Source: a virus (lineage: Duplodnaviria > Heunggongvirae > Uroviricota > Caudoviricetes). Taken from it: DNA of 38,089 nt. Shown here one piece after another: positions 21,132 to 31,327 of the stretch (its first letter is position 1; every line of letters starts with the position of its first letter). Position numbers and translations under genes: made by a program. Location of the stretch: IMG/VR virus record IMGVR_UViG_2917886563_000005; one strand, written 5' to 3'. Under the pieces are notes generated by a model. It did not search any database. It was not told where the DNA came from and saw only the letters and a list, made by a program, of their open reading frames with translations.

Positions 21132-21597
21132 GGTTGAAAAGCTCCTTGATACGAGAGCGTCGCTTATCGCGATCTCCCTTATCAGGTGTCACGTCTTCAA
21201 CTTGCGACTGCTCTTTGAGGCCCAAATCACGGGCGATGATGTTAGCGTTGAGAAGGTCAGCGGCTGCGCCAGAGAATTTCTGGTCGTAGATGACCTGTTC
21301 TGCTCGCGTAACGACTTCAGATAAATCTTCTCGCAGGCGATATGTACGCCATGTTTCAAGCGTCACATCAATGAACAGAGTGAGGCCGGTAATGGTCATC
21401 GCTCGCATCTTGGCGATAGGCTCTTGTATCACTTCACCCTGATACGAGAACGCCTTCATCTCCCATAGCGGGTTAGCTTCCACCCACTCGAAGTATTCAC
21501 AACAAGCAGCCCACAGCGCCTCAGGCGATTCGAATTTAGGATTTCGCCCATGACTACTGCGGGCCTCCCAAAATCGGTTGCCCTTTGGTGCTGCCAT
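21109..21597 (-). CDS. Terminase small subunit, P22 gp3-like, 162 aa (start at MAAPKG)
   Basis: [46 protein letters not shown]... matches recalled P22 gp3; contains the pac site. Confidence 0.85.
   Translation of the reverse strand: MAAPKGNRFWEARSSHGRNPKFESPEALWAACCEYFEWVEANPLWEMKAFSYQGEVIQEPIAKMRAMTITGLTLFIDVTLETWRTYRLREDLSEVVTRAEQVIYDQKFSGAAADLLNANIIARDLGLKEQSQVEDVTPDKGDRDKRRSRIKELFNRGTGRDS
21309..21330 (-). other. P22-type pac site within the small terminase gene
   Basis: Reverse complement of 21309..21330 is GAAGATTTATCTGAAGTCGTTA, the P22 pac sequence as I recall it. Confidence 0.6.
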
Positions 21598-21632
21598 ATT
21601 CATCTCACTTAGTTGTCATTTCAGGCTGAGCA

Positions 21633-21875
21633 TCATGCTCCGGTAGTGAACAGGTCTAACGCTTCCTTCGATTTACGCACCGCTTCGAATGTGCGGATCG
21701 TGATATCTGAATTAGCGCCACCTGACTGGAAGTGAATTTTGAATAGCTCAAGCTTCAGCTCGTCAGTGCCAATGAATTGAAATGCTTCCTCTGCTGCTGC
21801 GTTCTGGTTCATGACCAGCTTGTAAATCTCTAACTGGAATTTCTGTTCTTCAGTCATGGGAATAATCTCTGCCAT
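21633..21875 (-). CDS. Hypothetical 80-aa protein upstream of the terminase genes
   Basis: ORF with consistent orientation in the late operon; no recognised domain. Confidence 0.5.
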   Translation of the reverse strand: MAEIIPMTEEQKFQLEIYKLVMNQNAAAEEAFQFIGTDELKLELFKIHFQSGGANSDITIRTFEAVRKSKEALDLFTTGA

Positions 21876-22232
21876 TGTTGGCTCCGTTTATCCGTTAAAA
21901 GGGATATCAGCTAAGTTATCCCGTGTAGGGTATAAGCCATTGTCGAGACCACTCATTGAATGGTCTCTGCAATAACCGATGTCTTTCCATCAGTCCGCCA
22001 CCACAAAGAATCTTTTTTGCCATAAGGCAGGAGGTTCATCTTTCAGTGGCTGCCAGTGTTATTTCCCCACTTACTGGCTTGGGTTGCTTCGTGGTACTGC
22101 CGTAACTGGTTGCCAAGAATAAATTCCGGTTTCATTATCAAGCCCACCCGTAGATGGGCTTTGTAATGGATAGCCGTTGCTCAGTTCTCGTAATGCTTTG
22201 ATTTTTCCGATAACGCAGTTTTGCGTTTGCCA

Positions 22233-22754
22233 TCAGCACGCGATATCGAGAGTCAACTGCAGTTGCTCGCGCCAGTACTCAACATTTGCTTCAATAACCG
22301 GCTTATCCCATCGCCAGCGAGCCATCTCTCTTGCCCCATTGCTGGCTTTTGATTTCCGGTCATCGCGAATGCGACATGCTTGCTCATATTTCTGCTGCTC
22401 AGTCAGTTCACCGCGAAGCAGACTATCAATGTGCAGGTCGCACCACACAGCAAAACGAGCATCACACCAACGGGCAAATGCAACTGAAAGTTTTGGATGT
22501 AGCCACGTACCACCACCCCTGTCCTTTCGTGCCTTGCTGGTTTTTACATACCTCGATTGTGAGGGATGTAAAATTTGAGATTCTTTCCCGGTCAACGCTT
22601 CGTCTAAAGCACGAACGTATTCAAGCGTTTCTGCCAAACGCATCCAGTTATCAATGCGTTTCCCAAATCTCTCAGCAACACCTGTGACGTTGATCCAACC
22701 ATCAGTGTTGAAACTGACAACTTCGCCTTTGTAATTAAGTGGCACGATATTCAT
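22233..22754 (-). CDS. KilA-N domain protein, 173 aa
   Basis: ...GGGTWLHPKLSVAFARWCDARFAVWCDLHI... is the KilA-N signature region. Confidence 0.7.
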   Translation of the reverse strand: MNIVPLNYKGEVVSFNTDGWINVTGVAERFGKRIDNWMRLAETLEYVRALDEALTGKESQILHPSQSRYVKTSKARKDRGGGTWLHPKLSVAFARWCDARFAVWCDLHIDSLLRGELTEQQKYEQACRIRDDRKSKASNGAREMARWRWDKPVIEANVEYWREQLQLTLDIAC

Positions 22755-22869
22755 AACGTTTACCTACTCTTTGAAATGAACCTTTGCCGCACAGGAAACC
22801 AGCCCACCGAGGCTCGCCAGCACTAACTGGTATCCTCAAAGGCCCATTCCAAAGGGTCAGGTTCGGTGT

Positions 22870-22926
22870 AAAAAAACATGCGTTGCGGTACGCATTTATT
22901 GCAAAAAAGCCCCGCATCGCGAGGCT
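22870..22926 (-). terminator. Two tandem intrinsic terminators downstream of the lysis cassette
   Basis: Minus-strand hairpins agccucg-cgaug-cggggcu + uuuuuug (22900..22926) and augcgu-accgca-acgcau + guuuuuuu (22870..22896). Confidence 0.55.
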
Positions 22927-22957
22927 CATTAAATGGACTTTGTGATTTGCAAAAAAA

Positions 22958-23395
22958 TTATTTCAAACACTGCGTCCTAATGTAATCCTGCAAGTAGTTA
23001 ACCTGCGCGGTTATCCTGTCGATTCCACTTCGGAGACGGTAATAATTGAGTTCAGCATCTGCTGTAAGTCTTGGGCTTTCTCCATCGCCCATGCTGCTGG
23101 CTCCGGTCGTTGACTTTGCACAGGTGGCGGCGACTTGCAGGCGCTTACGACCAGCAGAAACATCAGCACGGAGACTTTCGATAGTCGCGTTAGCATCAGC
23201 AAGCTCCTTTGTATATCTGGCGTCGAGTTCTGCTACATTGCGTTGACGTTTCTGCATGTCAGCGATAATGAATGCGGCCTTATCGCGCTGTTCTTTGTAG
23301 GCGATGGCGTTATCACGGTAATGATTAACAGCCCATGACAGGCAGACGACGATGCAGATAACCAGAGCGGAGATAATCGCGGTTACTCTGCTCAT
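22958..23395 (-). CDS. Rz: Rz-like i-spanin, 145 aa
   Basis: N-terminal TM segment, coiled-coil body, directly downstream of the endolysin. Confidence 0.75.
   Translation of the reverse strand: MSRVTAIISALVICIVVCLSWAVNHYRDNAIAYKEQRDKAAFIIADMQKRQRNVAELDARYTKELADANATIESLRADVSAGRKRLQVAATCAKSTTGASSMGDGESPRLTADAELNYYRLRSGIDRITAQVNYLQDYIRTQCLK
23011..23202 (-). CDS. Rz1: Rz1-like o-spanin lipoprotein embedded within Rz in another frame (start uncertain)
   Basis: Lipobox LLVVSAC followed by Pro-rich segment, fully inside Rz. Confidence 0.6.
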   Translation of the reverse strand: MLMLTRLSKVSVLMFLLVVSACKSPPPVQSQRPEPAAWAMEKAQDLQQMLNSIITVSEVESTG

Positions 23396-23868
23396 ACCTC
23401 AATCTCTCTGACCGTTCCGCCAGCCTCTTTGAATTTTGCAATCAGGCTGTCAGCCTTATGCTCGAACTGACCATAACCAGCCCCCGGCAGTGAAGCCCAG
23501 ATATTGCTGCAACGGTCGATTGCCTGACGGATATCACCGCGATCAATCATCGGCAAAGCGCCACGCTCCTTAATCTGCTGCAGCGCAACAGCGTCCTGGC
23601 TTTTTGGAGAGAAGTCTTTCAGTCCAAGCTGTTTACGGTAAGCATCCCACCAACGGGAAAGAAGCTGGTAACGTCCGGCTGCTGTTGATTTGAGTTTTGG
23701 GTTTAGCGTGACAAGTTTGCGAGGGTGATCGGAGTAATCAGTGAATAGCTCTCCGCCAACAATGACGTCATAACCATGATTTCTGGTTTTCTGTCGTCCG
23801 TTATCTGTTCCCTCTGACCACGCCAGCATATCGAGGAACGCCTTACGTTGATTATTGATTTCCACCAT
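23392..23868 (-). CDS. R: Endolysin, lambda R-type lytic transglycosylase, 158 aa
   Basis: [39 protein letters not shown]... near-identical to recalled lambda R. Confidence 0.9.
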   Translation of the reverse strand: MVEINNQRKAFLDMLAWSEGTDNGRQKTRNHGYDVIVGGELFTDYSDHPRKLVTLNPKLKSTAAGRYQLLSRWWDAYRKQLGLKDFSPKSQDAVALQQIKERGALPMIDRGDIRQAIDRCSNIWASLPGAGYGQFEHKADSLIAKFKEAGGTVREIEV

Positions 23869-24175
23869 CTTCTACTCCGGCTTTTTTAGCAGCGAAGCGT
23901 TTGATAAGCGAACCAATCGAGTCAGTACCGATGTAGCCGATGAACACGCTCGTTATATAAGCGAGGTTGCTACTTAGTCCGGCGAAGTCGAGAAGGTCAC
24001 GAATGAACCAGGCGATAATGGCGCACATCGTTGCGTCGATTACTGTTTTTGCAAACGCACCGCCATTATATCTGCCGCGAAGGTACGCCATTGCAAACGC
24101 AAGGATTGCCCCGATGCCTTGTTCCTTTGCCGCGAGAATGGCGGCTAACAGGTCATGTTTTTCTGGCATCTTCAT
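23852..24175 (-). CDS. S: Holin/antiholin, lambda S-type, 107 aa with dual start (Met1 24175, Met3 24169)
   Basis: [41 protein letters not shown]... near-identical to recalled lambda S. Confidence 0.9.
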   Translation of the reverse strand: MKMPEKHDLLAAILAAKEQGIGAILAFAMAYLRGRYNGGAFAKTVIDATMCAIIAWFIRDLLDFAGLSSNLAYITSVFIGYIGTDSIGSLIKRFAAKKAGVEDGGNQ

Positions 24176-24290
24176 GTCTTACCCCCAATAAGGGGATTTG
24201 CTCTATTTAATTAGGAATAAGGTCGATTACTGATAGAACAAATCCAGGCTACTGTGTTTAGTAATCAGATTTGTTCGTGACCGATATGCA

Positions 24291-24330
24291 CGGGCAAAAC
24301 GGCATGAGGTTGTTAGCGCAACCTCATGCC
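24291..24330 (-). terminator. tR'-like intrinsic terminator (12-bp perfect stem) between the late promoter and S
   Basis: ggcatgaggttg-ttagcg-caacctcatgcc; minus-strand RNA is followed by GUUUUGCCCG. Confidence 0.6.
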
Positions 24331-24466
24331 ACCCGCTTTCACGAAGCCAGCCATTGCGCTGGTTTTCTTTTATGCAAAGCACACCGCACCGTAGCCACAG
24401 CGGATAAGGTGATTATTTTTGTCTGTCTGGTATTTGGTTTGATGTGCTTTCAGAAAGGCCGTGCTT

Positions 24467-24508
24467 AAAACGCAAAAAGCCCCGAGCTATTAACTCAGGG
24501 CTTTATTT
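24467..24508 (-). terminator. Additional intrinsic terminator ~30-60 nt downstream of the pR'-like start
   Basis: Minus-strand gcccugag-uuaauag-cucggggc followed by uuuuugcguuuu. Confidence 0.55.
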
Positions 24509-24537
24509 AACGAGTGCATTTATCCATCGTTGGGTCA

Positions 24538-24566
24538 AATTTACCCAACTTTATTCAAAAAGTCAA
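24538..24566 (-). promoter_or_regulatory. Late promoter pR'-like (-35 TTGACT, 17-bp spacer, -10 TAAATT); a Q-utilisation site is expected to overlap
   Basis: Hexamers read on the minus strand immediately downstream of Q, as in lambda. Confidence 0.65.
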
Positions 24567-24608
24567 TATTATGCCGTTAATATGTTGTCATCCGTGGCAA
24601 TCATGCTG

Positions 24609-25232
24609 CTAACGTGTGACCGCATTCAAAATGTTGTCTGCGATTGACTCTTCCTTGTGGCATTGCACCACCAGAGCGTCATACAGCGGCTTAACAGTGC
24701 GTGACCAGGTGGGTTGAGTAAGGTTTGGGATTAGCATCGTTACAGCGCGATATGCGGCGCTTGCTGGCATTCTTGAATAGCCGACACCTTTGCATCTTCC
24801 GCACTCTTTCTCAACAACTCTCCCCCACTGCTCTGTTTTGGCTATATCAACCGCACGGCCTGTACCGTGGCAATCTCTGCATCTTGCGCCCGGCGTCGCG
24901 GCACTACGGCAATAATCCGCATAAGCGAATGTTGCGAGCACTTGCAGTACCTTTGCCTTAGTATTTCCTTCAAGCTTTGCCACACCACGGTATTTCCCCG
25001 ATACCTTGTGTGCAAATTGCATCAGATAGTTGATAGCCTTTTGTTTGTCGTTCTGGCTGAGTTCATGCTTACCGCAGAATGCAGCCATTCCGAATCCGGC
25101 TTGTGATTGCGCCATCCCCATAGCAGCCATCACATCAGTACCGGAAAGAGAGTCAGAAGCCGTGGCCCGTGGTGAGTCACTCATCATCGGGCTTTTTGGC
25201 GAATGAAATTTAGCTACGCTTTCGAGTCTCAT
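24609..25232 (-). CDS. Q: Late antiterminator Q (lambda-type), 207 aa
   Basis: From [28 protein letters not shown]... matches recalled lambda Q; ATGA overlap with the upstream gene. Confidence 0.9.
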   Translation of the reverse strand: MRLESVAKFHSPKSPMMSDSPRATASDSLSGTDVMAAMGMAQSQAGFGMAAFCGKHELSQNDKQKAINYLMQFAHKVSGKYRGVAKLEGNTKAKVLQVLATFAYADYCRSAATPGARCRDCHGTGRAVDIAKTEQWGRVVEKECGRCKGVGYSRMPASAAYRAVTMLIPNLTQPTWSRTVKPLYDALVVQCHKEESIADNILNAVTR

Positions 25233-25894
25233 GCGCCTTCTCCCTGTACCTGAATCAATGTGAGGTTTCCGCATAACACTGCGCCGGTATCGATATACAT
25301 TTGGTTGGCAAATTTAAGTGGTTTCACTGCTGGCGTATGACCAAAGATGAACGTGTCCGCGCCTTTGATTTCTTTCACGATCCCGTCTTGTGAGTTGCTG
25401 ATTCGTTCGCGGTTCCAGATTACCTGCTGATGATCAACTGGCTTTCCAAACTCGTATTCGTCACAAGGATAATCGGCGTGGCAGATGACATATTTTTTAT
25501 CTTTGCTCACCAGTTCGATGATTAACGGAAGTTCATCTGCTTTATGGGCAAGAGCTTTAGCCAGAATTTCTTTGTCGTAATCGAGATTAAAGAACCAGCC
25601 ACCGCCATTAAGCAGCCAGTGATTGACGTTTCCACGCTCTGATAAGCCATCAATCATCATGTGCTCATGGTTTCCACGTACAGCTCTGAACCAGGGGAAT
25701 GTGATTAATTCCAGGCATTCAACGTTCTCTGCGCCACGATCAACCAAATCGCCAACCGAGATAAGCAGGTCTTTTTTGGTGTCGAATCCAATCGTATCCA
25801 GTTTGTTCATCAGGTTCGTGTAGCATCCGTGCAGGTCGCCAGCTACCCAAATATTTCGGTATTTGCTGCCATCAATTCTTTCGTAGATATTCAT
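25229..25894 (-). CDS. ninI: Ser/Thr protein phosphatase NinI (lambda orf221)
   Basis: Metallophosphatase motifs GDLHG...GDLVDRG...GNHE; 221 aa. Confidence 0.85.
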   Translation of the reverse strand: MNIYERIDGSKYRNIWVAGDLHGCYTNLMNKLDTIGFDTKKDLLISVGDLVDRGAENVECLELITFPWFRAVRGNHEHMMIDGLSERGNVNHWLLNGGGWFFNLDYDKEILAKALAHKADELPLIIELVSKDKKYVICHADYPCDEYEFGKPVDHQQVIWNRERISNSQDGIVKEIKGADTFIFGHTPAVKPLKFANQMYIDTGAVLCGNLTLIQVQGEGA

Positions 25895-26502
25895 GCTGCC
25901 CCACTTCTGCTGTTTCGCAGATTTTTAAGTTTCTGCTGATACTCCGCCTTGATGGCCCTGCACTCTTCGACAGTCCAGCGATGGCGGCTATGGTTTGATT
26001 CGATTTCGTCTACTGCTTCCTGCCCGATGCGGTTAATCAGTTCGACGCGATACGGAACGAGATTTCCGCTTTTATGCTGGTTGCACACCACGCATTGCTT
26101 GTGAATATTGCGTTCATCAAATCGGAGTTGAGGCGCCGCAGCAGTTGTCCGGTAATGCCCGGCATCCCACTGAGCAGACGTGAGCGTTCCGCACGAGATA
26201 CATGGTAAGTTGCGGTCTCTTTCTCTGATGAAGGCGTTTACGGCTTGTTGGGCTTGTTTAATCCAGTAACTGCGGGGCTTTAAGGCGAGTTTTCGAATCT
26301 TAATTTTATCTTTCTGTTTCTGCTCCTCTCGTCGTCGTTTCTTTTCTGCTGCTTTTTCCGCTTTTTCGCGTTCTTTGCTTCGTCGTTCGAGTGCTATCTT
26401 TGTTCCACACTCTGGAGAGCACCACCACTGATTAGCGAATGCAGGGTGAAACCATTCCCGACATTCTTCGTTTTTACATCGTCTTCGCGCTGGTTTAGCC
26501 AT
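25891..26502 (-). CDS. ninG: NinG/Rap-like recombination protein, 203 aa
   Basis: Cys-rich N-terminus and overall similarity to recalled lambda NinG. Confidence 0.8.
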   Translation of the reverse strand: MAKPARRRCKNEECREWFHPAFANQWWCSPECGTKIALERRSKEREKAEKAAEKKRRREEQKQKDKIKIRKLALKPRSYWIKQAQQAVNAFIRERDRNLPCISCGTLTSAQWDAGHYRTTAAAPQLRFDERNIHKQCVVCNQHKSGNLVPYRVELINRIGQEAVDEIESNHSRHRWTVEECRAIKAEYQQKLKNLRNSRSGAA

Positions 26503-26665
26503 CGTCTTCTTCCTCGTGCATCGAGCTATTCGGATCGCTCATCAGTTCTGCGCAGCAGTACTCACACACGTGAACTTCCAGCACATGCAGCTTCTGACCG
26601 CAGTTAGCGCACGTTAAAGCCTGCTCGACGCTTTCTTGTTCGTAACTTCGATTTGGGTCAATCAC
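26495..26665 (-). CDS. ninF: NinF-like small protein (start assumed at GTG 26665)
   Basis: [55 protein letters not shown] matches recalled lambda NinF. Confidence 0.7.
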   Translation of the reverse strand: MIDPNRSYEQESVEQALTCANCGQKLHVLEVHVCEYCCAELMSDPNSSMHEEEDDG

Positions 26666-26844
26666 CTTGTTTTCCTCGCACGATGTCTTAGCCACCGGAT
26701 ATCCCACAGGTGAGCCGTGTAATTGAAGGTTTTTACGTCAGATTCTTTTGGGATTGGCTTGCGTTTATTTCTGGAGCGTTTCGTTGGAAGGTATTTGCAG
26801 TTTTCGCAGATTATGTCGGTGATACTTCGTCGCTGTCTCGCCAC
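26662..26844 (-). CDS. ninE: NinE-like protein, 60 aa
   Basis: [51 protein letters not shown]... matches recalled lambda NinE. Confidence 0.8.
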
Positions 26845-26962
26845 ACGTCCTCCTTTTCCTGCGGTAGTAATAACACCCCTGTTGGTGTTCTTTCACACCG
26901 GAGACACCATCGATTCCAGTAAGGTTGATTTGGTCGGAAGCGGTTATCTTCTTTGCATTCAC
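26765..26962 (-). CDS. Possible NinD-position ORF (65 aa, GTG start) overlapping ninE by ~80 nt; doubtful
   Basis: ORF occupies the ninC-ninE gap where lambda has ninD; long overlap and poor RBS reduce confidence. Confidence 0.3.
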
Positions 26963-26980
26963 CGCACCGATAACATCGCA

Positions 26981-27853
26981 TCATGCAGCTTCCCTCCCGA
27001 AGTCGAAATCAAGCTGCCCTCCAAATATTTCGCATGACTCAGAACAAGAGCCGGTATCGAATCTTTTAGCTCGTACCATGTCCTGATACAGGGCTTGATA
27101 ATCATTTTCTGAATACATTTTCGCGATACCGTCCAGCGACATTCTTCCTCGGTACATAATCTCCTTTGGCGTTTCCCGATGTCCGTCACGCACATGCGAT
27201 CCCGTGATGACCTCATTAAAAACACGCTGCAATCCCTCCTCATCTTTGCAGGCAAGTCCGATTTTTTGCGTTGATTTTTTAATGCAGAATATGCAGTTAC
27301 CGAGATGTTCCGGTATTTGCAAATCGAATGGTTGTTGCTTCCACCATGCGAGGATATCTTCCTTCTCAAAGTCTGACAGTTCAGCAAGATATCTGATTCC
27401 AGGCTTTGGCTTTAGCCGCTTCGGTTCATCAGCTCTGATGCCAATCCACGTGGTATAATTCCCTCGCCCGAAATGGTCATCACAGTATTTGGTGAAGGGA
27501 ACGAGTTTTAATCTGTCAGTGCAGAACGCGCCGCCGACGTATGGAGTGCCATATTTCTTTACCATATCGATAAATGGCTTCAGAACAGGCATTTTCGTCT
27601 GAATATCCTTTGGTTCCCATACCGTATAACCATTTGACTGTCCAGGCTCTGGGTTGATATCAACCTGCAATACAGTGAGCGGTATATCCCAGAACTTCAC
27701 AACTTCGCGGATAAACCGATATGTCATCGGGTGTTCACAACCTGTATCCATGAAAACGTAATGCACGTCTTCACCTGCCTGTCGCTTTTGCTCCATTAGC
27801 CAGAGCAAATATGCTGACGTCCTGCCACCGGAGAAACTAACGACATTTATCAT
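26981..27853 (-). CDS. ninC: NinC (PAPS-reductase-like family), 290 aa
   Basis: From [20 protein letters not shown]...; length equals lambda NinC. Confidence 0.8.
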   Translation of the reverse strand: MINVVSFSGGRTSAYLLWLMEQKRQAGEDVHYVFMDTGCEHPMTYRFIREVVKFWDIPLTVLQVDINPEPGQSNGYTVWEPKDIQTKMPVLKPFIDMVKKYGTPYVGGAFCTDRLKLVPFTKYCDDHFGRGNYTTWIGIRADEPKRLKPKPGIRYLAELSDFEKEDILAWWKQQPFDLQIPEHLGNCIFCIKKSTQKIGLACKDEEGLQRVFNEVITGSHVRDGHRETPKEIMYRGRMSLDGIAKMYSENDYQALYQDMVRAKRFDTGSCSESCEIFGGQLDFDFGREAA

Positions 27854-28290
27854 GCAGCCTTGTCTCCCCATCTTGCTTTCCACTCCAGAGCCAGTCGCGC
27901 TTCGTCTGACCACTTAACGCCACGTTCTGTACCGAATGCCTGTATAAGCTCTAATAGCTCCGCAAATTCGCCTACCCGCATCCTGCTGGTTGACTGGCCT
28001 ATTACCACAAAGCCATTCCCGGCAAGGTTAGGAACAACGTCCTGCTGCTTTAAGGCTGCGGTAAACACACACTTCCAGCTTTCTGCATCCAGCCAGCGAC
28101 CATGCCATTCAACCTGACGCGAGACGTCACCTAAGCAGGCCCATAGCTTTCTGTTTTGGTCTAAGCTGCGGTTGCGTTCCTGAATGGTTACTACGATTGG
28201 CTTGGTTGGGTCTGGAAGGATTTGCTGTACTGCGTGAATAGCGTTTTGCTGATGTGCTGGAGATCGAATTTCAAAGGTTAGCTTTTTCAT
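27850..28290 (-). CDS. ninB: NinB/Orf recombination mediator, 146 aa
   Basis: From MKKLTFEIRSPAHQQNAIHAVQQILPDPTKPIVVTIQERNRSLDQNRKLWACLGD... matches recalled lambda NinB. Confidence 0.85.
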   Translation of the reverse strand: MKKLTFEIRSPAHQQNAIHAVQQILPDPTKPIVVTIQERNRSLDQNRKLWACLGDVSRQVEWHGRWLDAESWKCVFTAALKQQDVVPNLAGNGFVVIGQSTSRMRVGEFAELLELIQAFGTERGVKWSDEARLALEWKARWGDKAA

Positions 28291-28363
28291 GACTTCCCTC
28301 TCCCCCAAATAAAAAGGCCTGCGATTACCAGCAGGCCTGTTATTACCTCAGTGATGTAGATGG

Positions 28364-29740
28364 TCATACGTCAGCCCCTTGTGCATATCGTCTGCCACGC
28401 GCAGCAGGTGCATTTGATGCTGTGCAAATCTGTCTGGCTTCATCCTGGTCACATGCAACAAAGTGTCCGTTACAGAACCGCTGGTAAACCGTACCAAGCG
28501 AGCCAAAACGGTTTTTCGTCACGATGATTTCAGCAAATGGCGCGGCGCTACTGTTCTCGTCATATACCGCTTCCCGATAGAGCATGATGATTGAGTCTGC
28601 GTCCTGCTCAATGCTTCCTGAATCACGTAAATCTGCGTTTGTCGGGCGTTTGTTTGGTCGCTTCTCAACATCGCGCGAAAGCTGACTTAGGGAGATAACA
28701 GGCGTTTTCAGGTCTTTCGCCATCGCCTTCAGGCTTCCTGAGATGTGAGCAATTGCGAGGTCGTTGCGGTCTGCTTTCGGCTTCTCAATCAGGCCAAGAT
28801 AATCCGCCATGATGAGTGACAGGTTTGGATTTTCCTGTTTGTGCCGCTCTGCGATTGAGCGAATTTCTTCTACCGATAACCGCGAGGCATCGACTACCCA
28901 TACATCCAAATCTGCAAGCTGACTCATGCCGTTAGCAACGCGCGCCCAGCCTTCGTCATCCATCGATGCAGGATTTCGCAGTACGCTAACCGACATCCTC
29001 CCGGCGTTGGCAATGCTTCGCTCTGCAATCTGCAATGCGCTCATTTCCATTGAGAAAATCAATACCCCGCGCCGGACGTCAGAACCAGGAATAACGCGGC
29101 TTGCAACGCCTTCGGCAATCTTCAGCGCCAGTTCGGTTTTCCCCATACCAGGACGAGCAGCGATTATCACCAGGTCTTCCGCGTTCATCCCTCCGGTGAT
29201 GGCATCAAGTTCTTCGATTCCGGTCTTCAGGGTATCTGACTCTTCTCCGTTCCTCAGACGCCTGTCAAGCGTGTCAGTGTAGTCAGTGATGATTTCCCCT
29301 AACCGTACCGGTTTAACCTCGTCACGGGGCTTTCTGATGGCTGAAAGACGCTTTACAAGTTCATCCATCGCCTGACTCGATGCGTCGATGGTTCCGCTCT
29401 GAATTGGTTCACGCATTTCATCCATGATTTCCAGCACCAGACGGCGGTGATAGTTATCCGCGACCATTCCGGCATATCCCTTCAGGTTTGCGGCACTCGG
29501 GCAGTTTTTGCTGGTCATCAGGATTGACGTGAAATGCTCCTCTCCGCACGCCTCGGCAACCATCAGCGCGTCGATTAGGTTTCTGTTTCGCGCCTGCTTG
29601 CGGATAACCTCGAAGGCTTTCCGGTAGAGCGGAATTGAAAACGCTTCCGGCTCCAGCGTTGCCAGAACGTCGCTGGCGGTTGGAGTTAATCCACCAATCA
29701 GCAGGCCACCGATAACGCTCGCTTCGATATCCTGTCTCAT
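28364..29740 (-). CDS. Replicative DNA helicase (DnaB family; P22 gp12-like), 458 aa
   Basis: DnaB N-terminal domain and Walker A ([15 protein letters not shown]), plus RecA-like motifs. Confidence 0.85.
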   Translation of the reverse strand: MRQDIEASVIGGLLIGGLTPTASDVLATLEPEAFSIPLYRKAFEVIRKQARNRNLIDALMVAEACGEEHFTSILMTSKNCPSAANLKGYAGMVADNYHRRLVLEIMDEMREPIQSGTIDASSQAMDELVKRLSAIRKPRDEVKPVRLGEIITDYTDTLDRRLRNGEESDTLKTGIEELDAITGGMNAEDLVIIAARPGMGKTELALKIAEGVASRVIPGSDVRRGVLIFSMEMSALQIAERSIANAGRMSVSVLRNPASMDDEGWARVANGMSQLADLDVWVVDASRLSVEEIRSIAERHKQENPNLSLIMADYLGLIEKPKADRNDLAIAHISGSLKAMAKDLKTPVISLSQLSRDVEKRPNKRPTNADLRDSGSIEQDADSIIMLYREAVYDENSSAAPFAEIIVTKNRFGSLGTVYQRFCNGHFVACDQDEARQICTASNAPAARGRRYAQGADV

Positions 29741-30558
29741 GCAATCCCCCTGTCTGCAAACTTCCCTTCCCGAACTCCCGTTAACGAGTCTTCCCTCAGC
29801 AGGTAATCAAAATCGGCCGTCCAGCCCGTGTCGTTGTCTCCGAAGTAAAACGGCTTGGCCTGATGCACAAACGCCCTGACATACGCTCTGAAACCGTCCA
29901 CGTTTGGCGTTTTCAGTTGCGGGATGATTTTCTTCAGGCGGCGTTTGCGTTTCTCGTTGACCGCAACAGCGTGTGGAAGTCTGTCACCGACTTCGGTGTT
30001 GTAGGCGTTCAGGAAGGATTCGTAGTCGATTCGTTCTGCCTTGCGACGTTCAGGTTTAACCTGCCCATCGCCGCCCCCGTTAGGGGGTAAGGGGGTATTT
30101 GTATTTATTGTCTTTTGTATATTGTCTTTTGTGTTTAGCTGACTTGGCTTATACCCATTAGCCGACTCGGCTAATGTTTTATTAGCTGCTTTAGCTAATG
30201 TTAAGCTGTCCTGGCTAATCCACTGCGAAACCACCTTGTTTACTCCGATTTTCACGCCATCAGCAATGAGGAATTTACGCTCAATAAGCTGGCGCTTGGC
30301 AGCGCAAACATGAGTGTGATGAATACCTGTCATGGCTGCTATCTGCGTGTTTGTGAGTCGATCCATCGGCTTATTGAATCCGTATGTCTTGCGCATGATA
30401 GCGAGCATCACCTTCAACTGCCGGACGGTTAAATCAGCCATCAGCAGACTGTCGGTAATCTCGTTAGCAACGCGCATGAAACCATCTTCGGTATCTGCCA
30501 CGCGATGCTCCACGACCTCCAGTTGAGGCCTGTAATCAGCTAACTTAACGACGCCCAT
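29737..30558 (-). CDS. Replication initiator (O-like; P22 gp18-like), 273 aa, containing the origin
   Basis: O-type N-terminal DNA-binding domain; iterons and AT-rich tract inside the gene. Confidence 0.8.
   Translation of the reverse strand: MGVVKLADYRPQLEVVEHRVADTEDGFMRVANEITDSLLMADLTVRQLKVMLAIMRKTYGFNKPMDRLTNTQIAAMTGIHHTHVCAAKRQLIERKFLIADGVKIGVNKVVSQWISQDSLTLAKAANKTLAESANGYKPSQLNTKDNIQKTINTNTPLPPNGGGDGQVKPERRKAERIDYESFLNAYNTEVGDRLPHAVAVNEKRKRRLKKIIPQLKTPNVDGFRAYVRAFVHQAKPFYFGDNDTGWTADFDYLLREDSLTGVREGKFADRGIA
30075..30221 (-). other. Replication origin: four ~19-bp iterons, an AT-rich tract and a G/C-rich inverted repeat
   Basis: Iteron-like repeats ttagctgacttggcttata / ttagccgactcggctaatg / ttagctgctttagctaatg / ttaagctgtcctggctaatc; AT-rich 30096..30135; cccccgttagggggtaaggggg. 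Confidence 0.65.
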
Positions 30559-30706
30559 GTTTCACTCCTGCTTTGGCTAGTCTGTAAACACCAACAAGGC
30601 GCTCTGCGAACGCCCTGTTATTTGCTGCGGCTACCACTAATCCCTCAGGTGAATCAGGGTGTCGAATCTCTTCTTTTTCCTGGTATTTCTTACGACGTTT
30701 TGTCAT
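30545..30706 (-). CDS. Small basic 53-aa protein between c1 and the O-like gene
   Basis: ATG at 30706 with AGGAG 5 nt upstream; overlaps the O-like start by 14 nt. Confidence 0.45.
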   Translation of the reverse strand: MTKRRKKYQEKEEIRHPDSPEGLVVAAANNRAFAERLVGVYRLAKAGVKHGRR

Positions 30707-30740
30707 AATTACTCCTGTGGATTGATCCAGTCTTTCTACA

Positions 30741-31019
30741 TCAGGCCTCAAAACTGTTGCAGCAGTCTTGAGGCTTTTCTTTTGTCAGCACCTTGGCTAC
30801 TTTCTTTGCCAGTTCCGCCAATTCCTCGTCTTCAACACCCCACTCCAGCACAGCCAGAAGCATGGCCATCTTTGGGATAAAGCTGTCTTTCCATCGCGAA
30901 ATTTGCGATTCATTAATCCCTAACGCGTCGGCAACCTTTCGCTGACCACGTACAGCAATTCGATTTAGGATGTTGCTTGTAATTGCATTCGCTTTCTTGC
31001 GAGTACTTGTAAGTTGCAT
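30741..31019 (-). CDS. c1: C1 protein (lambda CII homologue), 92 aa
   Basis: ...ESQISRWKDSFIPKMAMLLAVLEWGVEDEE... is the CII-family HTH and tetramerisation region; start MQLTST with AAGGA upstream. Confidence 0.8.
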   Translation of the reverse strand: MQLTSTRKKANAITSNILNRIAVRGQRKVADALGINESQISRWKDSFIPKMAMLLAVLEWGVEDEELAELAKKVAKVLTKEKPQDCCNSFEA

Positions 31020-31076
31020 ATGTAAGTATTTCCTTAACAAATAAGAAGTTATACGCACCAACTGATGCGCGTTGTA

Positions 31077-31121
31077 TTCCCGCATTTCGGCGGGAATGAG
31101 GACCATGACTGTTAAAGAGCA
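31077..31121 (-). promoter_or_regulatory. nutR: boxA (31110..31121) and boxB hairpin (31077..31096) between cro and c1
   Basis: Minus strand reads TGCTCTTTAACA then uucccgc-cgaaau-gcgggaa. Confidence 0.6.
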
Positions 31122-31127
31122 ATTTGC

Positions 31128-31313
31128 TTATGCCGCTTTGCGATAAGCACTTTCTTGATACTTCAGGGCGCCAGCTGTAACGACTTCCAGTCGATAGGCG
31201 TCTTTCTCTGGGATGACTTCCTTCCACTGAGAGACTGCTGCATCGCTAATGCCTAACGCTTTAGCTACCGCACGCTGGGTTCCGAAGTGGTCGATAACAT
31301 CTTTCTTGTACAT
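31128..31313 (-). CDS. cro: Cro repressor (P22-type), 61 aa
   Basis: MYKKDVIDHFGTQRAVAKALGISDAAVSQWKEVIPEKDAYRLEVVTAGALKYQ... matches recalled P22 Cro. Confidence 0.9.
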   Translation of the reverse strand: MYKKDVIDHFGTQRAVAKALGISDAAVSQWKEVIPEKDAYRLEVVTAGALKYQESAYRKAA

Positions 31314-31327
31314 AGACTCGCTCCGAA

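Noticed and set aside
22735-22929. 64-aa ORF between Rz and the KilA-N gene
   Set aside because: Coincides with the two terminator hairpins; likely non-coding.
24609-25274. Longer 221-aa start for Q
   Set aside because: Lambda Q is 207 aa beginning MRLESVAKF; the upstream extension overlaps ninI and the ATG at 25232 is ATGA-coupled to the ninI stop.
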